A stretch of DNA of 54,198 bases, counting the filler, from Jimgerdemannia flammicorona (lineage: Eukaryota), in the NCBI GenBank assembly GCA_003990765.1. It is 3 parts of 3 records of this genome, joined end to end, with 100 filler letters (N's around TTAATTAATTAA, not from the genome) between each part and the next. Parts side by side here need not be neighbours in the genome. Positions count along the whole stretch, not along the records: positions 36,204 to 54,198 come from RBNJ01002337.1; 2 more parts are not named here. The stretch is one strand, 5' to 3'. Below are positions 48,414-54,198 of this stretch, piece after piece (positions within the stretch are counted from its first letter, which is position 1; the number at the start of each line of letters is the position of its first letter). The translations under genes were made by a program, and so were the position numbers. A model generated the notes under the pieces. That model did not search any database, was not told the DNA's origin, and worked only from the letters and a program-made list of their open reading frames with translations.

Positions 48414-50439
48414 ATGGCAACTGACAGGCAACCTGAGGTGTGTACTGGACAGGGCAGCCCGAGCACTTTCGACTGGCAGCAGGTGGGGAGGGGTCCAGGC
48501 CTGGGGGGAGGTTATGAGGGGCCTGCTGGCGGGTGGACATGGAAGGAGTGGAGGAGGTAGTGGAGGATCAGGATCTGGGAGGGCGAGCTTCGCGGAGATG
48601 GTGAAGGGGAGACAGCAGGCGTCGGGGCTGGAGGGCTGGCTGAGGAAAGGCAAGGAGGCTGAGAAGGTGACGGTGCCGGGGGGTGTGGCCCTTGAAAGGG
48701 GGGGCGGTGGAGCTGTGGGAGTAGTGGCTGGGGGGGGTGTGACTGCTGATGATGTTGGGACTGTCGATCTGGAAAAAAATCCAGATGTGACGGCTGATGG
48801 CGAGGCTGAGCGGCTGAGGCTTAGAAGACAAGGGGACTTGGCGGATGGTGTGACGGGTCTGGCAGTGGCCCCGTTACTCAAGAAATCGATTTCAGCATTC
48901 GCGGTCACACTGTGCTTCCGGGGCCTGGCGATGATGGCGAAAATGGTGCTGGGGCTCATCGCTAAGCAGGTGGTGAATGCAGCTTCGGTGAAGTTTTTGA
49001 AGGGACTGGAAGGAGTGGAGGTTGGTTTTGAGGAGGCAGCACTGCTGGAAGAGGTGCTGAAGGTTGGATTGGTGGTTGGGGAGGTGTGTGTTCCGATGGC
49101 ATGGTGCCTGAAGTGGGACTCCAGGGTGGTCCAACTGCTGGTGAAAGGAGTGCCGACAGTGACAGCGATGGAGACAAGGAAGAGAGTTGAGGATTTCATG
49201 GCAGAATTTGGTGAGGTGGTGGATATCGGGTTCAGGGTCTGGGAAGGGACCTCGCTCAGGACTGGTGATGTGGATGTGAGGATTCAGCTGGCTGGGAAAG
49301 AAGCCACTGGGAAGACAAGGGATTGGCCTTTGGCGATGGTCTGGGGAGCGATCCTGTGTAAGGTGGCGAGAGTAAAGGGGAGTGAGGAGGAGGAGGAGGA
49401 TTTACTGGAAGCACTGGAAGAGCTGGGGGGCACTGTAGAGAGGCGAGCAAAGGCTTGGGAGGCTTTTGAAGAGGCAATGCACTTGGAGGTGGTGGATGGA
49501 AAGCGGATTTGAGTGACCAAGGAGCAGTGGGAAAGGGCTCAGGGGCGTAAGAGGCAGAAGGAGTTGCTGGCCAAGCTGGATAGCGGACCACTGGGGGAGG
49601 CGGGCAAGGTGAAGGGCACAGGGGGAGCTGAAGCAAGTGTCTGGGCTAGCGAAGGGGTGGGGAAGGACAAGACAGAGGCGGGGGAGAACAAGAAGGAGGC
49701 TGGAAAGGACCTGTATGCCGATGGTACACTGGAGGTATGGGAGGAGGACTGGGTGGGCTCCCCTACCCCTACCCCTCTCATCAGGCATGGCCCGGCTTCC
49801 CGGAATAGGGTGGTGGAAGATGTGCCAATGCGAGGGGCCCAGAGGGTGCAATTCGGAGTTCCAGAGGTGGCGTATGGGAGACAGGTGGTGGCGGCTGGTG
49901 AGGAGGAACTGGTGGATGTCCCGAAAGTTTGGGATGAGTCTGCGAGTGCTGGAGCTGACACCACAATATTGGATGGAGGGAGGCTGGTGACTCCAGGGGG
50001 GAAAGAGGTGGGGAACTTGCTTTGGATGTGCCGGATGATGAATAACCTGGCGGCAGAAGAGTTGGGGGAAGTGGACTTGCGAGTGATGAGTGATGAGCAT
50101 TGGGCCGGAATACTGCAGAGGGATGGCGTCATGAGGGCATTGAAGGCGGAAATTCTTGTGGTGTACCTGGAGGAGGAAGGGTATGAGGTGGATAAGGAGA
50201 GGGAGGAGGAGATGGCGGTTGTTGCTGGAGAAAGGGCTGAATATTGCTGGAACAAGCGACATGGACTACAGCTTTGGCAGGAAGTATGTATCGAATACCG
50301 AGAGGAGTTTGAGGAGAAGGCCGATGGCGAGATGAATGAGCTGCTGGCTGGATTGGAGGCTCAGAGGGCCGAAGAGGAGGAGGTGGCTGCGGAACATAAT
50401 TTGGACAAGGTGCAGGAGGAGATGAGCATAGAGCAGTAG
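48414..50439 (+). pseudogene. LINE-D ORF1 (RRM-like region, acidic coiled coil); one frameshift near 48490 and one stop at 49510
   Basis: The ATG context is conserved in LINE-B. SFAEMVKG, LLVKGVP...FGEVVDI...RTGDVDVRI. Confidence 0.8.
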
Positions 50440-50472
50440 AGGCTGACGGACGACTTCAAATATATCATCAAT

Positions 50473-53400
50473 ATGAACAGTACAACCAACATTTTCTCTT
50501 TGAACATGAATGGGTTACGGGGTGCTTCTAGACATAGGAACATTTTTACTTGGATAAAGGGATTGGAGGCCAATCTCTTCCTCTTGCAGGATGTCCGGTG
50601 CGAAGACGATGCTGATAGGGTAGAATGGACGAAGGAATGGGGAGGTGTGGCGATATGGAAGGACAAGGTTGGGATTTTGGTTAGGAAAGGCAGAGGGGAG
50701 ATACAGAATGTGCGGTGCTGGGGGGAGAGACTGGTCTGGGGAGAGTGGATTCGGGCAGGCTGGGAGCCAGTTACAGTTGGCTTCTACTACTGCCCTGTGG
50801 TACGGGGGGAGAGGGTAGACTGGGTAAAGGGCTTACAGGAGAGTGGATTGCTTGCGGAGGCTGGGGTAGATGTGCTCGGGGGAGATTTCAATATGGTTAG
50901 AGATACACTGCTGGATAGAACAGATGGAGGGTGAGGTGATGCGAGCAGGAGTGGAGGGCTGGTGGCATGGGAGGAAGTTGAAAGGTTAAGTGCGCTATTG
51001 GATGCTGGAAGGGAGTACTGGGGGAATAGAAGGGTCTATACACATTGGGCAGGGGGTCTGGGGACTAGAATTGACTGGATTTTGACGGCCTGCTGCTGGG
51101 GACTCGATGTTTGGAAGTCGTTGGAGGTGGAATGGTGTCCATGGTCGGACCACTGGGGGCTTTTGGGACAGGGGTGCTTTGGGGGAAGTGGGGATGGGCC
51201 TGGACATTGGTGCCTCAATTCCTCTTTGTTAGAAGACAAGACCCGGTGGGATGTGTGGGCTAAAGACATTCAACTGAGGGTGGAGAATTGGAGGCAGGAA
51301 GGGGCCGCAGTTGGGACTCGGTAGATGAGGATGAAGGAAATGGCCAGGATTTACTGGAAGGAGGCTGGCAAGGAGGCAGGGAAGCAGCGAAAACAAAGAG
51401 TACACTGGGCCTCTGCTAGATTGACGAGGCTCCTGGAGGAGTGGGCAAGGCTGACGATGTTGGAGGGAGAAGAAGATTGGAGATTAATGAGGGCAAAACT
51501 GGAGGTTGGGGAACTTCAACAGGTACTGTGGGAGGAGGAAGAGGCAAGGGTACAGGGCTTGGCAGCACGCCTTCGCTGGTAAGATCTGGAGGAAGGAGAG
51601 AGGTCTTCCAAGCTTCTTACAAGGGCCCTGAGGGCGAGGCGGGTCCAGCAACGTTGGGATGAGATATTGGACTCTGAGGGTGTACTGGTGCATGGTGTAC
51701 AGGATATTCTTGGATCGCTGAAGGAGAGATGGAGTAGATTGTGGAGTGAGGAGGAGGGTGGGGCAGATGCTGCTACTATTGAACGAACATTGGAGGATTG
51801 GCATCCACCACAAGTTATAGGACTGGGGGACCTGGTGATGCCTGTACAGGAGGATGAGATCCACCAGGTTCTTGCTGCGACAACGTCCGGTACGGTGCCT
51901 GGGGAGGATGGTCTGCCCTGGGACTTCTGGAAGCGAATGGTTGAAGTCCCAGGAGTAATGGGAGAGATGACAGCATTGTGTGATCTTATTTTACAGATGG
52001 GTAGATGGGTGGGGGAGCAGGACCTTGGGCTGGTGACACTGCTCTACAAAAACAAAGGAAGGCGGGAGGATTAGAAGAACTGGTGGCCGATAATGCTGCT
52101 AAATATGGACAGAAAGTTGGTAACTAAGGTGGTGGTGGCAAGACTACAGAAGGTGGCCCAGCAAGTCATGGGTGTTGAGCAGAGGGGATTTGTGGGTGGT
52201 CGGCTCATCAGAGATGGCACTGCCTGGGTGCATGGCATTATCGAAGGGGCACGGGCCTGTGGACTGGATGGGCGTCTAGTTTTCTTGGACCAGGAGAAGG
52301 CATATGACCGGGTACAAAGAGTCTGGCTGGAAAAAGTCTTGGATAGAATGGGGGTACTGTATCGATTCTGGTCAACAATGGTCAGCCTACTGGAAGGGAG
52401 TAGGGCTGCTCTTACGTGTAATGGACATAGAGGGGTAGCATTCCCCTTGGGAAGGGGAGTGCCCCAGGGGGATCCATTGTCCCCCATTTTATATGCTCTT
52501 TCCCTGGAACCACTCATGGACCGAATTAGGCGGAGAATCGTGGGGCTCTCTGTCTTTGACATAGGATGGAAGGTTGGAGCCTTTGCTGATGACATGGTGG
52601 TGGATTTGGGTTCGATTGCTGATGTTGAGGAGCTCAAGAGGACTGTGGAGTGGTATGAGGAGCATTCTGGAGCTAAGCTGAATTGGCATAAGTGTGAGAC
52701 AATAGTACTCGGTAATGGCCTGGTGGGAGGGGAAATTATAGGAACAATTGTCCCCACCGGTGAGGCAGTGCGGTACTTAGGTATCTACTTGTCAGTCTAT
52801 GGGTCGGTTCTGCCCAAGCTTTGGTGGGAGCAGCGGATTGGAATCTGGGAGGAGGCTCTGCGGAGTTGGGGGGGTAGACATTTTTCTCTGGCAGGGCGGG
52901 TCTTGATCTTGAATGTCTACTGGCTGCCGAAGTTGTGGTACCTGGCATATCATCTGGACTTCCCAGCCTGGGTGGTGAAGAGATTGATGAAGTCGGCGAA
53001 GGGGTGGATCTGGGCTGGCAGGCGGAGCCAAATTAGTTGGGAGACCTTGTCCCTACCAGTGGCAAGAGGCAGTCTTGGGCTGGTGGACTTCCCAAAACGG
53101 TTACACTGCTTGAGAGCATGGTGGATGAAGAGGGCAGTGGAGTTACGAGGTGGTGGATGGGTTCCTCTGTTACAGAAGCTATGGGAGAGGCAGGTATCGC
53201 CAAGGGGCTCAACCGGTGATCTCCTCTCCTTGGTCGGGCTTCAGAATACTGCCCAACTATGATATAAAGGATTTTGGTGGGGAATAGCAGAAGGAGTGCA
53301 CCGCATTGGTATCCGTTGGCAGGGGAATGATGGTGAGGAGAACTGGGACCCGGCGATGTGGAGATGGGACTGTATACTGCTGGGTGGTGCTCCTTTAGTT

Positions 53401-54129
53401 GAGTTCGACATTGGGGATGGAATGGAATGCCAGAGGGGACCAGGCCAGGATGTGTGGCCTAGCGGTTGGCAAGGAGTTGGAATTGGAGAAGAGTGGAACT
53501 GGCATGGTATTTGGACCTGGAGTGCTGCAGTGAGAGCATGGCTGCCGCCAAAGTACTGGGTGGTCTGGTGGCGCATGCTGCGGAGGAACATTATGCTCAA
53601 TTTTCGATCAGGGCACCTTGTTGTAGGGGGTTGCTTCGACTGTGAGGAGTGCCATAATGTAGGGCAGGAGGGGGGCTATGTACAGATGCCAGAACATTGG
53701 CTAGGGGAGTGTGAGGTGTTGGGAGATTTTTGGCAGACAATTGGGGATCGCTTAGGGATACGGAGTAGAAGTGATGGAGCATGGGGGCAATGGGAGAACT
53801 TAAGGGATAGATTGATAGGGGGGATAGGAAAGGAGTGGCTTACTTTGGGTTGGGCTTTGGCTATTTGGGTGGGGCTGGCAAGCCATTGACTATTTGTTTT
53901 TGAAGATGGGAAGAGACAGAGCTTGGGGGACCAGTTGCTGCGATGGCATAGGCTTATGGAAGACACCTTAACAGGCTGGTGGCTGGGTTGGGGGATGCGG
54001 GGTAGTCGGAGGCGCCACTTGGTGGAGAAAATCTGTAGGCAAAGTGGGGAGAGAGTTGGGGTAGTTGGTGAAAGGGTGATCTTCATTCGTGAGGAAGTAG
54101 GAAGGGGCCCCCCTGTGGGGATTGGATAG
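50473..54129 (+). pseudogene. LINE-D ORF2: APE endonuclease, reverse transcriptase and C-terminal Cys/His region; 1219 codons in one frame with six internal stops
   Basis: SLNMNGL, GGDFN, RIDWIL, SDH, PGEDGL, FLDQEKAYDRV, GVPQGDPLSP, FADD, YLG, CFDCEEC...EHWLGEC. Confidence 0.95.
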
Positions 54130-54198
54130 TGGGTCAGAATGTTGTATATTTATTCATAGACTGGTAATAAAGGTGGAGTTCAAGTGACTATAAAAAAA

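Larger units (their letters stand above)
48333..54198 (+). mobile_element. LINE-D: near full-length (about 5.9 kb) L1/Tx1-like non-LTR retrotransposon
   Basis: Short 5' UTR, ORF1, ORF2 (APE-RT-Cys/His region), AATAAA at about 54166 and a poly-A start at the window end. Confidence 0.96.

Noticed and set aside
50437..50475. ORF1-ORF2 readthrough (same frame, single TAG)
   Set aside because: In LINE-A the spacer is 14 nt and out of frame, so the arrangement is not conserved.
48351..54086. Long antisense ORFs over the LINEs (for example 48351-49199, 49402-50262 and 52071-52757), and plus-strand ORFs over LINE-A, B and C
   Set aside because: Shadow frames of G-rich coding sequence, with Pro/Ser/Leu-rich low-information translations.
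50473..54129. Alternative genetic code or programmed stop readthrough in ORF2
   Set aside because: All three stop types occur and sister copies have sense codons at those sites, so mutation explains them.

Overview
Eukaryotic DNA with spliceosomal introns, most likely fungal. The gene families (Kelch-TM, APH phosphotransferase, ankyrin array, MIR fragment, Crinkler-type REase-like gene) suggest Mucoromycota, for example Endogonales; this taxon call is inference only. About two thirds of the window is nested retroelements: five L1/Tx1-like LINE copies (one near-intact at 48333-54198), remnants of four Ty3/Gypsy-type LTR elements (two with an integrase plus chromodomain), and a 2.45-kb non-coding LTR element with paired LTRs and a 4-bp TSD. 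The TE blocks are almost CpG-free and TpA-rich. Two CpG-retaining gene islands (about 25.2-31.2 kb and 36.2-45.9 kb) carry mostly damaged or fast-evolving genes. Two 100-nt N gaps contain an artificial TTAATTAATTAA linker. The two most interesting signals are (i) C-to-T change at CpA as well as CpG in repeats, which is RIP-like, and (ii) a homologous extra ORF lying just before the 3' LTR (the env position) in two different LTR elements. All alignments and translations beyond the supplied ORF track were done by eye, so boundaries are approximate.
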